Virus record (IMG/VR): IMGVR_UViG_3300020042_002050
Location: 1 to 49,500 of that record
DNA from: a virus
Taxonomy: Duplodnaviria > Caudoviricetes
DNA: 49,500 nucleotides
Direction: 5' to 3' (one strand)
Below the pieces are notes generated by a model, which saw only the letters and a list, made by a program, of their open reading frames with translations, searched no databases and was not told where the DNA came from. Position numbers and translations under genes: made by a program. Of the stretch, positions 26,597-35,690 are shown piece by piece (position 1 is the stretch's first letter; every line of letters begins with the position of its first letter).

Positions 26597-27550
26597 TTAA
26601 ATCTCCATCATTTCTACACCAATCATGCCGTAGTTGACTGACTTGAAGCCATTTGCATCTGTAAAGACTGCTTCTGGCATAACTGCTTCAACTTCGTCCG
26701 CCATGACGCCACGGAACTTTTTGCCCGGCAAGAATGTGTACTCGTATTCGTACAGGTTAAAGCCAGACACTGGATCAATGCCAGCAAGTTCAACATTAGT
26801 TTTGAGGCGTCGGTCAGAGAAAGCTGTATACGCCGCTGCGCCGCCCTTCAAAAGACTGCCGATATCCAGCCCTTGTTGCGCCATGCTAGCGTTATACATA
26901 GAAGTCTTTGATTTAAGAATATCGCCGTACGTATTACCGGTAGAGGTAAGCCCAGCCATGTACTGGTTACCGGGAGCCATAGACGAGTTGATACCTGCTG
27001 AACCAGCGCCAGTAGCAGCGCCGTAAGCCGCAGTAGATGCGCCAGCAAGGCCGCGTCCAAGACCAACGGCATCTAATTTTCTAGCGTAACCTATTTGCTC
27101 AGCCCTATCGCGAGCACCCGTCATAGCACCAGCGCGTGACGAAGCAAGAGCAATGGCGTTCTGATTCTGCATAGCCATGGCGTTACCAGAGCCGGGGCCT
27201 ACACCTCGGCGGGCCAAGTTACGAGAAGTCATACCCTCGGCAGTACCAAACGCCCTAGCAGTATCAGCAGCAGCCTGTGAAGCAAGTCTTTCTCGATTTG
27301 CTTCAGTATCATATTCTTGCGCCTGCGTAACAAGCCCTTGCTCTAGCGGCCTAAACGTCTTTTGCTGATAGTCGTAGTAATCCTGCGCCTGCTTCATCTG
27401 TTGCTCTTGGGAAGCCAATTGCTGATCTGCAACGCGCTGGGCAATAGGTTTCATCTCGGCGTATTGCTGCTTGGAGAAATCCAGCTGCTCTCTGCCGAGT
27501 GCTTCCATACCGCTATAGTCTGGTGGTGGTGGACTAGATTTACCGCCCAT
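26597..27550 (-). CDS. Pilot/DNA-transfer-like protein with C-terminal peptidase S74 (intramolecular chaperone) domain
   Basis: MGGKSSPPPPDY N-terminus; Gly/Ala/Gln-rich body; SDRRLK...GVMADEV...P.AV......V.YG. Confidence 0.75.
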   Translation of the reverse strand: MGGKSSPPPPDYSGMEALGREQLDFSKQQYAEMKPIAQRVADQQLASQEQQMKQAQDYYDYQQKTFRPLEQGLVTQAQEYDTEANRERLASQAAADTARAFGTAEGMTSRNLARRGVGPGSGNAMAMQNQNAIALASSRAGAMTGARDRAEQIGYARKLDAVGLGRGLAGASTAAYGAATGAGSAGINSSMAPGNQYMAGLTSTGNTYGDILKSKTSMYNASMAQQGLDIGSLLKGGAAAYTAFSDRRLKTNVELAGIDPVSGFNLYEYEYTFLPGKKFRGVMADEVEAVMPEAVFTDANGFKSVNYGMIGVEMMEI

Positions 27551-27553
27551 AAT

Positions 27554-27970
27554 TTACTCCTTGCGCAGCCATCTACAGGTATCAGGCCGCATTACCAAAA
27601 TGTGCATATCGGCACCGGGGGCACCGTCTTTCATTACGAACTCTTCCTCAAACCCTAGGTGTTTGTCGAATTCTAGTATTTTAGGCTCATTTGATGGAAC
27701 CATGCCAGTCAATCTTTTTAGCTTGCAGTGGTTAAACGCATAATCACATACGGCTCGGAACAGCCAAATAATAGCTTTGGTCTGCTTTGCGATGGCTATA
27801 TGGCATGTAGCGTTTGCGCCGTTAAAGTTGTTGATTACCACTCCAGCCAAAATATGTTCTCCATTAACTACGCCTATTGCGTGATAACTACCCCAGTCCG
27901 CCTTCTGGTTAACTTGCGTGGCAACCCATGCGCCGATACGTTCTGATTGGTCATAGATTAGTTCTGCCAT
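27554..27970 (-). CDS. GNAT-fold protein (T7 gp13-like position)
   Basis: YAFN...LKRLTG.V...N.......HLGF.EE pattern; precedes ejection genes. Confidence 0.75.
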   Translation of the reverse strand: MAELIYDQSERIGAWVATQVNQKADWGSYHAIGVVNGEHILAGVVINNFNGANATCHIAIAKQTKAIIWLFRAVCDYAFNHCKLKRLTGMVPSNEPKILEFDKHLGFEEEFVMKDGAPGADMHILVMRPDTCRWLRKE

Positions 27971-27978
27971 GGCTTAGT

Positions 27979-28173
27979 TTATTGCAGTCTGGCTACGACG
28001 GCGTTAAGGCGTACGATAACATCGGCCAGCGTAGCTGTATCAGGCAAAGGGCTAAGCCGATTCACATTTCGAGCTTGGGCTGTAATCTCGTCGATATTTT
28101 GTTTCATGGACGACAGTGCCCGGTCTAAGTCGGCCTTACCTGTCAGCACTGCGGGGATAGCGGCCTTGGTCAT
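27979..28173 (-). CDS. Small virion-associated hypothetical protein
   Basis: 64 aa; ATGA overlap with nozzle gene. Confidence 0.65.
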   Translation of the reverse strand: MTKAAIPAVLTGKADLDRALSSMKQNIDEITAQARNVNRLSPLPDTATLADVIVRLNAVVARLQ

Positions 28174-30182
28174 GCAGATGTCCTAGACAACTCTTCGACA
28201 GATTCAGCCACAGTTACGTTGTACACATCGACAGAAGCATTTAAGCCTACGGAATACACATCGCTGCTAATGTTAGCGGGGAGCCTAAAGAATGTAGAAG
28301 AAGTTACGTTCTTGGTGAACACGGGAAGCTCGTTCGCGTACAAAGTAAATTGCACCCTACGCGCAGTAGCCAACTCAACTGGGACAATGTAGCTACCATT
28401 AATTTCCATCGCCAGCAGTTCAGCCCCGTTTAAATGTCCAGCAACTGCGTCAGCGCCTAGGGCAATAAGCGCCTCATTGGCTGTAATCTGGCTGGTATCC
28501 ACTGGCACGATGGCGCTAAAGTCAGCGTGAATTTGCGCGGCTGCAAACTTTACAGGCACGGGAAACTGCATGGCAACGCTTTGCCAGTCACTCTCGTAGT
28601 AATGCCCGCTGTCAACGTCCCACTCATACAATTTCTGGCCTTTGGCAATGTACAGTTTGCCGTCCAACTCGTTGCGGTACAGAGCGTCTGCGCTTTCGTC
28701 TACCTCGGTCACACTGTCAGGAGACTCAATATCTAGCACCAACATGCGGCTTTCCAGCTGCCCTGCGTAATACGCGTAATACCTGCCATCGTGGAACGTA
28801 GCATCGAACGTAGCTGGGTTAAGCAGAGTCCACTCTTCCTCACGGTACAGACTGCGTGTAATGCACCGAATCTGCTGGGGAGACACAAGCCACAGGCCGT
28901 CAAAGCTGGGGTACAGCGCACCGCCGCCAAGGTCTACGACACCGCGTTTAGCCACGCAAGGGGCGTAAGTGTCAAGCGTACTACCAGACATACCTTCTGG
29001 GTCTGAGCCTGTGTACAGAATAGGATAGGTCTCTGTCAAGACAATAACAGAGTTACTGGCGGCAATGGCGGCAACGCCCACACCAGCAAACGCGTATCGG
29101 TTGCGCACCGGCCACGAGTACGGCATGTAAGGGTCGCTAAAGCACAACTCATTGCCAGCAACGCCAGCCAAGCACCCGTTGGGCAGGCTGATAAGACTGG
29201 TCAAGTTTTTAGGTGGCGGAGAAGAATCTGCCGTGGGCAACTCTTCACCCAGATCAGCAGCAGCCACAGTATCGTTAAATGTTGTAGTTGCTACAGCAAC
29301 TTCGCCCACGTACAAAAACAAGCCGCTAGTGCCGACTGTGCGGTAAATGCGCTTGACCATGCCGGTAGTGTTGAACGGCGCGTTGCGTGCCCACGCACCG
29401 CCAGAAGTGTATGTCTGCGCTGTATCCAGCGACACAGTGACGCGGGTGTTCGTAACATCAACCGACTGCACGCGAAATGAGCCGTTAAGACTTGTCATCC
29501 CAACCACGCCAGAGAAAGTCAGCGTGTCGTACTGAGCGATGCCAAAGACGCTGTTGAGCGTTACCCGCACTGTGTTAGAGCTTATGGTCGAAGCTGCGGT
29601 AATGGTTCCAGAATTGAGAGGCGCAGTTTGCAGCGCAGTCAAATTCCACGTAGCGTTAAGGTACGTCGTGTACACAGTAGACGGAGGAGACGGGGGAGAC
29701 TCTTCACCGAATGTAGTGACGTACGTATATACGTAAGACCGAGACTCAGTAGCACCGCTACCGCCTGTATGCGCGACCGTAGGAGCTACCGTAGGAGCAG
29801 CAGTCCCCAGCGAATACCATGCAGTTGGGTATGGAGTCGATGAAATAGAAAGCGCATAGGTAGACATGCGCGGCTCAAACGACTCACTGGAGAAGTAGAA
29901 CCTGCCGTCTGGGTCGTTGGCGTTTGGCGATGGGACGATATTTACGTCTTGTGCCCAAGTAAGCCAGTTGTCAGCATACGCGCCGCTTACAAAAGCTCTG
30001 TACCTATAGACTGTTTCAATGTTGAGGCTAGTAGAAAACACTTGCCCGATGCCAGCAAGTGGGTCAAGACTGCCAGATGTTATCTTGCAATTTAGCGCAC
30101 GGGTTGCGTGATTAGGCGTAAGCAGGCGCTCGCTAATACGAGGAATCTGCCCACGGAACGCTTTAATGTTTACAGCAACCAT
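28170..30182 (-). CDS. Tail nozzle/stabilisation (tubular B-like) protein
   Basis: FRGQIPR N-terminus; Y.YTYVT.FGEES.PS; RIYRT; LCFS.PY.PYSWP; 670 aa. Confidence 0.75.
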   Translation of the reverse strand: MVAVNIKAFRGQIPRISERLLTPNHATRALNCKITSGSLDPLAGIGQVFSTSLNIETVYRYRAFVSGAYADNWLTWAQDVNIVPSPNANDPDGRFYFSSESFEPRMSTYALSISSTPYPTAWYSLGTAAPTVAPTVAHTGGSGATESRSYVYTYVTTFGEESPPSPPSTVYTTYLNATWNLTALQTAPLNSGTITAASTISSNTVRVTLNSVFGIAQYDTLTFSGVVGMTSLNGSFRVQSVDVTNTRVTVSLDTAQTYTSGGAWARNAPFNTTGMVKRIYRTVGTSGLFLYVGEVAVATTTFNDTVAAADLGEELPTADSSPPPKNLTSLISLPNGCLAGVAGNELCFSDPYMPYSWPVRNRYAFAGVGVAAIAASNSVIVLTETYPILYTGSDPEGMSGSTLDTYAPCVAKRGVVDLGGGALYPSFDGLWLVSPQQIRCITRSLYREEEWTLLNPATFDATFHDGRYYAYYAGQLESRMLVLDIESPDSVTEVDESADALYRNELDGKLYIAKGQKLYEWDVDSGHYYESDWQSVAMQFPVPVKFAAAQIHADFSAIVPVDTSQITANEALIALGADAVAGHLNGAELLAMEINGSYIVPVELATARRVQFTLYANELPVFTKNVTSSTFFRLPANISSDVYSVGLNASVDVYNVTVAESVEELSRTSA

Positions 30183-30198
30183 TGTGCGGCCTTATTGT

Positions 30199-31113
30199 TT
30201 AAGCAGTCCGGTTCCACACATAAACCACAATGTACGGCTGAAGGTTGGCGTTAGTGCCAGACACGCCAGCAGCATTAACTGTAGTAGACGAAGAAATGTT
30301 GGCGTAGCCAGTGGTGGTTGCTGTGTACGTTAAACCCTCCCACGCTTGAATTGTTGATCCTGTTACCGCAAAAGTTTGCGCCCTAAATGCAGAGGCATGA
30401 GTGTGTCCAGAATCAGAAGACGATGTTGACGCTGAATGGCTATGAGAAACCACAACTGCATCAGCAGAGCCGCCTGTAGCGCCAGCAGCGTATCCGCCGC
30501 CATTACCAATTAAAACGCGCCCAGCGCCAAACGCCACCCAAGTACCAACCCAAAGATGTTCCCGGATTGGTTGCAGATGTGCTGGTGTAAATAGACCCGA
30601 CTGGGTGCAACGCTGCAAGCGCAGCCTGAACAAACGCCGTGGTGGCTAACGCTGTAGAACTGTTGCCAAATGTTTGGGTAGTGGCGGTAGTTGCGCCCGT
30701 AAAATCATTTGTCCAGTAAAGCTGTTATTGCCAGTAAAGCTGTTATTTCCAGTAAAGGTGTTGTTCTGGCCGGGAAAATCCAAGGCTGCTTGTACGTCGA
30801 CGGCTGTGACGCGAAGTCCGACCACTGCACCGGCAACAAACGCCAGCGCAGTTGTGCCGTCGTAGCCACGAATGACGTTTGACAAAACACCGGAGCCCGC
30901 AGTGCGCGTGCGAACAGCCACAATTTCTACAGCACCCGAAGAGTCTTGCAGCGTAACCTTAAACCAGTCGCTAGCGGACGGGAGAGACCCAGTGCCTACG
31001 TTTGCTACAGGAAATAAATCGGCTTTAGCCGACTCAATCACAATTGAAGTAACAGAACTGTTGATACTAGAGACCAATAACGCTCGGGCGTTATTCTTAA
31101 ACTGTTGTGCCAT
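30199..31113 (-). pseudogene. Tail fibre gene interrupted by two small deletions (~30712 and ~30548)
   Basis: Reconstructed ...NNSFTG[T]NDFTG...LATTAFVQAALAALHPVGSIY...NPGTSLG[F]GTWVAFGAGRVLIG...NLQPYIVVYVWNRTA. May be an intact gene with sequence errors. Confidence 0.75.
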
Positions 31114-31136
31114 ATTGTGCTCCTGCGATAGTGTTC

Positions 31137-31165
31137 ATTGTAACTGTAGGCTGCTTAAGTGCCAA
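31137..31165 (-). promoter_or_regulatory. Sigma70-like promoter
   Basis: TTGGCA-17 bp-TACAAT ahead of the AGGAG SD of the fibre gene. Confidence 0.5.
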
Positions 31166-31754
31166 GTACCTCAAGCGCATGTGCGATGTGTTTCTTGCGG
31201 TCATCTAGGCCGATTGTCCCACCATTGATCTTTTTGGTCATGCCCTCGATATTGCCAGCATCAGCAAAAGCGTTGAGCCTGTTCTTATCCCAGAACCAAC
31301 CAGCTGTCAAGGCTGCGTACTTTGGCTGTAACACCAGATCAGGGGTGTTAAGCAGGTCAGCCACCAAAGAATCGCCAGCCAGCGTGTAGTTTGATTTTCC
31401 CGTCAACTGGATCAGGCCACGCCCAGAGTACTTCCAGCCATCCCCCGATGCTTCGTCGCCATTGCCCATGCGGTCGGCGTAGACTTTGTTTGCGATCTTC
31501 TCGGGGTTGCGATGGTACGGCGTTGCGCTTTCTTCCGTGGGGAACCGTTTAGGCCATGTAGCGCACAACCCCTTGGCGCTGTAGTTCAGGTTTTCTCTAA
31601 GCGTCTTAAAGTTACCCGATTCATGCTGGCACTGGCCGATAAACGACGCCATACGTGCAGGGGTAGCCATATCGTAACGGGCAAACACCTCGTTTAGCGG
31701 GTCAAGCCAGTCAGCCAAGAGCCCTAGTTCCTGTACTTGTGCAGCCGTTATCAT
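31155..31754 (-). CDS. GH19 (chitinase-like) endolysin
   Basis: Q..HESG.F...ENLNYS, Y..RMGN, GRGLIQLTGKSNY, INGG..GL.DR. Confidence 0.92.
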   Translation of the reverse strand: MITAAQVQELGLLADWLDPLNEVFARYDMATPARMASFIGQCQHESGNFKTLRENLNYSAKGLCATWPKRFPTEESATPYHRNPEKIANKVYADRMGNGDEASGDGWKYSGRGLIQLTGKSNYTLAGDSLVADLLNTPDLVLQPKYAALTAGWFWDKNRLNAFADAGNIEGMTKKINGGTIGLDDRKKHIAHALEVLGT

Positions 31755-32161
31755 TTGTTGCTCCTCATGTCGGCTAATTTCTCAAGCGTTCTGCCACCGA
31801 AATACGCACCCATTACAAGCATCCCCCACTGCCCAAGCAGCGTAACGTAAGACTCGGAAATCTTAAATCCAAAGCCGTCCAGAATAGCCAATGTGAGGTA
31901 CGCGGTCAGGATATACACCAAGGTCATTGGACGTACGTTTTTAGACAGCCACGAATCTGAGGACATATCCGCAGTCCAGCGGTCTGTGGTGTTTTCCTGC
32001 TCGGCTTTGAAAAGTTCTGTCTCATTCGCCATTTTCGCCAAGTCGCCGTTTTGGGCAAGCGTAGCAAGTTCCAATTGCGCTCGTGCTTTGGCCTCCGGGT
32101 CAGGGATTAACTTATCAATGATTTTGCCGCCTACTTGCAGCAGTCCTGCGATGTCAAACAT
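31751..32161 (-). CDS. Holin (3TM/GTA-holin type)
   Basis: IDKLIPDPEAKA, W..D..SDSWLSKNVRP, YFGGRT.EK; adjacent to endolysin. Confidence 0.8.
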   Translation of the reverse strand: MFDIAGLLQVGGKIIDKLIPDPEAKARAQLELATLAQNGDLAKMANETELFKAEQENTTDRWTADMSSDSWLSKNVRPMTLVYILTAYLTLAILDGFGFKISESYVTLLGQWGMLVMGAYFGGRTLEKLADMRSNK

Positions 32162-32164
32162 GGT

Positions 32165-32518
32165 TTAGTCCTTTCCGGTTAGGCTTTTAAGGGGGCTTTT
32201 TACAGGGTTTTTTTCTTCCAAAATTGCAATGTGCATACGGTTCTCTGCAATCTGGTCACGGTTGCGTTGGATTTCTTTTTCCAAGTCCTGCCGTAGTTTT
32301 TCACGGGCTAACTCTGCCCCTGAGTTTGGAGCTTGCCTGTTGTCGGACGTGACGACGAGACTAATTTTGCTGTTGAGTATGGTGACTTCATGGGACAGGT
32401 TTGACAGCGCAGACATAAGGTAGACCACGCAGCTAAATAAAAGTGGCAGTAGCGCAAAGGTTATTTTTTCAATCAGTTGGCTCTTTGCTTCCATGTTCTG
32501 CATTTTTTCGTCGCTCAT
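32165..32518 (-). CDS. Single-TM coiled-coil protein (lysis region)
   Basis: TM ITFALLPLLFSCVVYLM followed by a coiled coil; ATG 32518. Confidence 0.65.
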   Translation of the reverse strand: MSDEKMQNMEAKSQLIEKITFALLPLLFSCVVYLMSALSNLSHEVTILNSKISLVVTSDNRQAPNSGAELAREKLRQDLEKEIQRNRDQIAENRMHIAILEEKNPVKSPLKSLTGKD

Positions 32519-32988
32519 AACTTTCCTTTCATTGATATAACACCCCAAGCCACCAGCATAAATATGGCAGCAGCTACCAAGATACAAAGCCCCATTGTGA
32601 TGGCCTCGTCTATCTCTTGCTTGCGGTTTTTAGCCGCTTTAGCATCTAGTATCTCCTGTGTTCGCCTACGCTGCACAATCGAGTTGCGCTCCAGCAGAAT
32701 CTGACTCCAAAGCTGGCTGTGACCCTGATTGATAAAGTGCCACTTGAGTTCTTCTTCAGCCCGATTCAGTTCATGCAGTTGCATGACCGTGGACATTGCT
32801 TGGCTGGTGTCTGAACTGTATTTCTTCTTTGGGTCTTTAACCGCTTCCTTGGCTACTTTTTCCTTAGCGTCAAAAAACTTCATCACGTCATTCGTGATGC
32901 CCTGCACATCCTTACCCATCTTGATGGCGGCTTGGATGCCTTTAATGGCTCCTTGGGCGACTGCGAAGGCCGTTATGGGATCAATCAT
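32515..32988 (-). CDS. Hypothetical protein with C-terminal TM
   Basis: MIDPITAFA.A...IK.GKDV N-terminus common in phage lysis regions. Confidence 0.7.
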   Translation of the reverse strand: MIDPITAFAVAQGAIKGIQAAIKMGKDVQGITNDVMKFFDAKEKVAKEAVKDPKKKYSSDTSQAMSTVMQLHELNRAEEELKWHFINQGHSQLWSQILLERNSIVQRRRTQEILDAKAAKNRKQEIDEAITMGLCILVAAAIFMLVAWGVISMKGKL

Positions 32989-33146
32989 TTTTTAGGCTCC
33001 AGCACCCACCGGCAGACTCTGCCGTCCTTATCTAAAAACTCATTGGCTCCATACTTCTCGCTTGGCAGCACAACGCGGCACACCAGCACGATTTTTGTAT
33101 CCGTGTTGGGCCACGGTATCTGTGCTGATGCAAGTAAGTCAATCAC
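32985..33146 (-). CDS. 53-aa protein with two Cys (absent from ORF track)
   Basis: GTG start, IDLLASAQIPWPNTDTKIVLVCRVVLPSEKYGANEFLDKDGRVCRWVLEPKK; GTGA and ATGA overlaps. Confidence 0.55.
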   Translation of the reverse strand: MIDLLASAQIPWPNTDTKIVLVCRVVLPSEKYGANEFLDKDGRVCRWVLEPKK

Positions 33147-33379
33147 TTGAACCCATGATTCTTTGCAAAATCAAACACGATGTAAGCCAGCCCAGCCAAT
33201 GCAGCCCATACCAAGCCGCCCAAGGTCTTCTCAATGATGGCCTGACGCAGTTTGATTGACTGCTCCTGCTTTTCTATAGCGAGTTTGACCCAGCGCACCT
33301 CATCGTCAGATAGGTTAGACGATGCTCTAATTGCCTCGGCAATATCGGCAACGAGTTCAGCGCGTTCGGATTGGTTCAT
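33143..33379 (-). CDS. Small protein with C-terminal TM
   Basis: MNQSERAEL...GGLVWAALAGLAYIVF. Confidence 0.65.
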   Translation of the reverse strand: MNQSERAELVADIAEAIRASSNLSDDEVRWVKLAIEKQEQSIKLRQAIIEKTLGGLVWAALAGLAYIVFDFAKNHGFK

Positions 33380-33380
33380 G

Positions 33381-33533
33381 TTATTCGTCCGCAGGTAGTG
33401 GTGTGTTTCCGAGCGCAATCCATGCTAGGTAGGCTTGGTAGTCTGTGTTGTCAGGGTCGAAGGGGATACAAGCGTTATCTGACAGGCGAATGACGTATTG
33501 ACCAACAAGTGTGTTTAAAAGTTTATACATCAT
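33381..33533 (-). CDS. Small tail-fibre assembly chaperone (absent from ORF track)
   Basis: [26 protein letters not shown] motif directly after a fibre gene. Confidence 0.75.
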   Translation of the reverse strand: MMYKLLNTLVGQYVIRLSDNACIPFDPDNTDYQAYLAWIALGNTPLPADE

Positions 33534-34501
33534 TAAAGCTCCGAATTTGCTGTGAAACCACCGCCAAGGAAAGTGCTGCCAGTTGTCACATAGTAAGTTA
33601 TAGAATTGAAAGGAGTAAAAGTTCCAGCTTCACTGCCAGAATAAGTACTTCCAGTACGAACCATTGTTGGCGTAGTTCTTTTTGGAACAACAAAACTTCC
33701 GCTAATTACATTTTGATTTGCAAAAACAATTGCGCCTATTTCGTAATACCGTTGGCAAAGCATAAATTCAGTGCCATACGGGCGGTAGTCAAACGATGTG
33801 GCTGTGCTGCCTTTTTCAAGTTGAACGCCTGTGATGTAGAAGGTGGCTCCGTTTGTGCCGACTACGCTGGTTGCGCCTGTGGCTGAGTCGTATTCTGTAC
33901 CAGCCCAAGCACCAGCGGTTCCTGAATATGTAGAGCCAACACCTAATCCAATAGAGATGTAAAGACCAACACCGTTTGTAGTTAGCCAAGTCCCCGATGT
34001 ATCTCCCGCAATAGTTACTGATTTTTGCTCCCATGTATTTGCGGAAGAAATTGTGTAACTAAAAGGATACGAGCGAGTATATGCACTGTTTCCAATTGAC
34101 CCGCCAAATGTTCCTGTTAAAGAACTGCGCACCCAAAATGACAAGGTTACTGAAGCCGCGCTTGCAGTCCCCCACGCAAAATCTGAGATATTTAAGCCTT
34201 CAACCCGTTGGACAATTTGAAACAAATCGGTGCTACTTATGGAATATGCCGAACTTGATGTAACTCCAAGATAGTTAATAAATCCAGCGGGCGGCGTTAC
34301 CGAACCAGCATTTTGCTGGACTGTAAATTTAGAAGCTACTGAACCATACGCAAACCATCTATCAAGGGTATATTGAACGGCAGTAGTTTGAGTAAATGAA
34401 GCTGTACTACGCTGACTTATTCCCATCGCGCCGTTGATGATTCTGTTTCTAAAAGATACGTTGTTTGCGCCGCTTTGCGCTATGTTGACGGCTAGGGTCA
34501 T
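33533..34501 (-). CDS. Tail fibre/receptor-binding protein (carbohydrate-binding-like)
   Basis: [46 protein letters not shown]. Confidence 0.8.
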   Translation of the reverse strand: MTLAVNIAQSGANNVSFRNRIINGAMGISQRSTASFTQTTAVQYTLDRWFAYGSVASKFTVQQNAGSVTPPAGFINYLGVTSSSAYSISSTDLFQIVQRVEGLNISDFAWGTASAASVTLSFWVRSSLTGTFGGSIGNSAYTRSYPFSYTISSANTWEQKSVTIAGDTSGTWLTTNGVGLYISIGLGVGSTYSGTAGAWAGTEYDSATGATSVVGTNGATFYITGVQLEKGSTATSFDYRPYGTEFMLCQRYYEIGAIVFANQNVISGSFVVPKRTTPTMVRTGSTYSGSEAGTFTPFNSITYYVTTGSTFLGGGFTANSEL

Positions 34502-34662
34502 GCTAACTGCTCCTGCGTTGGTCGTGCATAGGTTGGGTGTTCCCACTTGGCAATGTAGTCACCCTTGCCGTCAGAGTCGTTCTGCAAGAGGATGGTGGTC
34601 ATAAAGTCTTTGTCTTCCAAGGAAGGGTACAAAGATTTAATTTTTTCTGGAAGTGTCATCAT
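34498..34662 (-). CDS. XkdW-like fibre chaperone
   Basis: IK.LYP.L...DF...LQNDSDGKGDYIAKW.HP...RPT.EQL. Confidence 0.75.
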   Translation of the reverse strand: MMTLPEKIKSLYPSLEDKDFMTTILLQNDSDGKGDYIAKWEHPTYARPTQEQLA

Positions 34663-35690
34663 GCGCCCCTTACTAAACAACCAGACATGTAGGTGGAAAT
34701 TGAAGTAGCACCGCCATTAACAGTTAATGTTCCTGTTCCGGCCAAATTAGCATACAGTTCAATGTAATCAGTAGTTCCGTTTAAATAAACCAATGAAGAA
34801 AGGCTTCCATAGCTGCTAGTTCCAGCATATGGCCCATAAATAGCTATTGAATCAGAAGTCCCGTTTTTATAAATCTGTACCCAGTTATAAGTAAGACTGC
34901 CAGTTCCCGCTGCCCCAAGAGTTACATTAAATTGATAATATCCAGCTACTTGTGGAGTAAAACGATAATTTGTAGTGCTATCAAAAGCACTAGCAGTATC
35001 AAATGTTTCAGTATTTAAAGTAACTTTTGTTGCTACACCGGATGTTACCGTTTGATTGGCAGTTAAATATACCCTGAACGCAGGGCCAGTACCAGCCACG
35101 TTTGTACCCAAGTAAGTCTGAGTCAGGCCACCCGCACCGATGTTTGCCAAGGCAGCGCCACCAGCAATATAAGTCGAGTTAACCGCACCCGCCGTAGCAG
35201 GGATGGCATTCAGCACTGAACTGACCAAGAAGCTCTCTGTGACCACTGCATCGCCTACTGTGCAGGCGTTGTTTAAGACTACCGTTGTGCCTGTAGTGGC
35301 TACAAAGTCTGTAGATACAAGGCGTACCCCGTTCCTGTAAACGTCGATGTAGCCAACGGTATAGGAAGGCACACTAAATGATGTTTGGCCCGCTGTTGCG
35401 GTGAAGTTAGTTACGGTTCTGTAGGCTGTAGTCGTTACGCCACTGGCTGGGATGCCAAGGTATCTGACGCTGATGTTACTTGTGCCGCTTGGTGGAGCGG
35501 CTGAGAAGGTCAGGGTTGTGCCTGATACGGAGTATGTACTTGGGTCTTGGAGTACGCCAGTAACGGCAACAATGATGGATGACGTATTCGCAGGTGCGAC
35601 CGTCATGGTGTAGGCTACAGTCGTTCCATCCCCGCTGAACGTATCGGTCAGGAAGGCTGCTGAGATTGGGGCGTTGCCGATGTAACTCAT
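34659..35690 (-). CDS. Tail fibre with C1q/TNF-like tip
   Basis: MSYIGNAP...FSGDG adaptor; PAFRVY...FDT...FD...YRFTPQVAGYYQ...LNGTTDYIE. Confidence 0.8.
   Translation of the reverse strand: MSYIGNAPISAAFLTDTFSGDGTTVAYTMTVAPANTSSIIVAVTGVLQDPSTYSVSGTTLTFSAAPPSGTSNISVRYLGIPASGVTTTAYRTVTNFTATAGQTSFSVPSYTVGYIDVYRNGVRLVSTDFVATTGTTVVLNNACTVGDAVVTESFLVSSVLNAIPATAGAVNSTYIAGGAALANIGAGGLTQTYLGTNVAGTGPAFRVYLTANQTVTSGVATKVTLNTETFDTASAFDSTTNYRFTPQVAGYYQFNVTLGAAGTGSLTYNWVQIYKNGTSDSIAIYGPYAGTSSYGSLSSLVYLNGTTDYIELYANLAGTGTLTVNGGATSISTYMSGCLVRGA

Noticed and set aside
30634-30648. Amber readthrough or recoding joining the two in-frame fibre ORFs
   Set aside because: The conserved fibre motifs lie in a different frame between the two lesions, and TAG is used as a normal stop elsewhere (e.g. 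polA 9701-9703).
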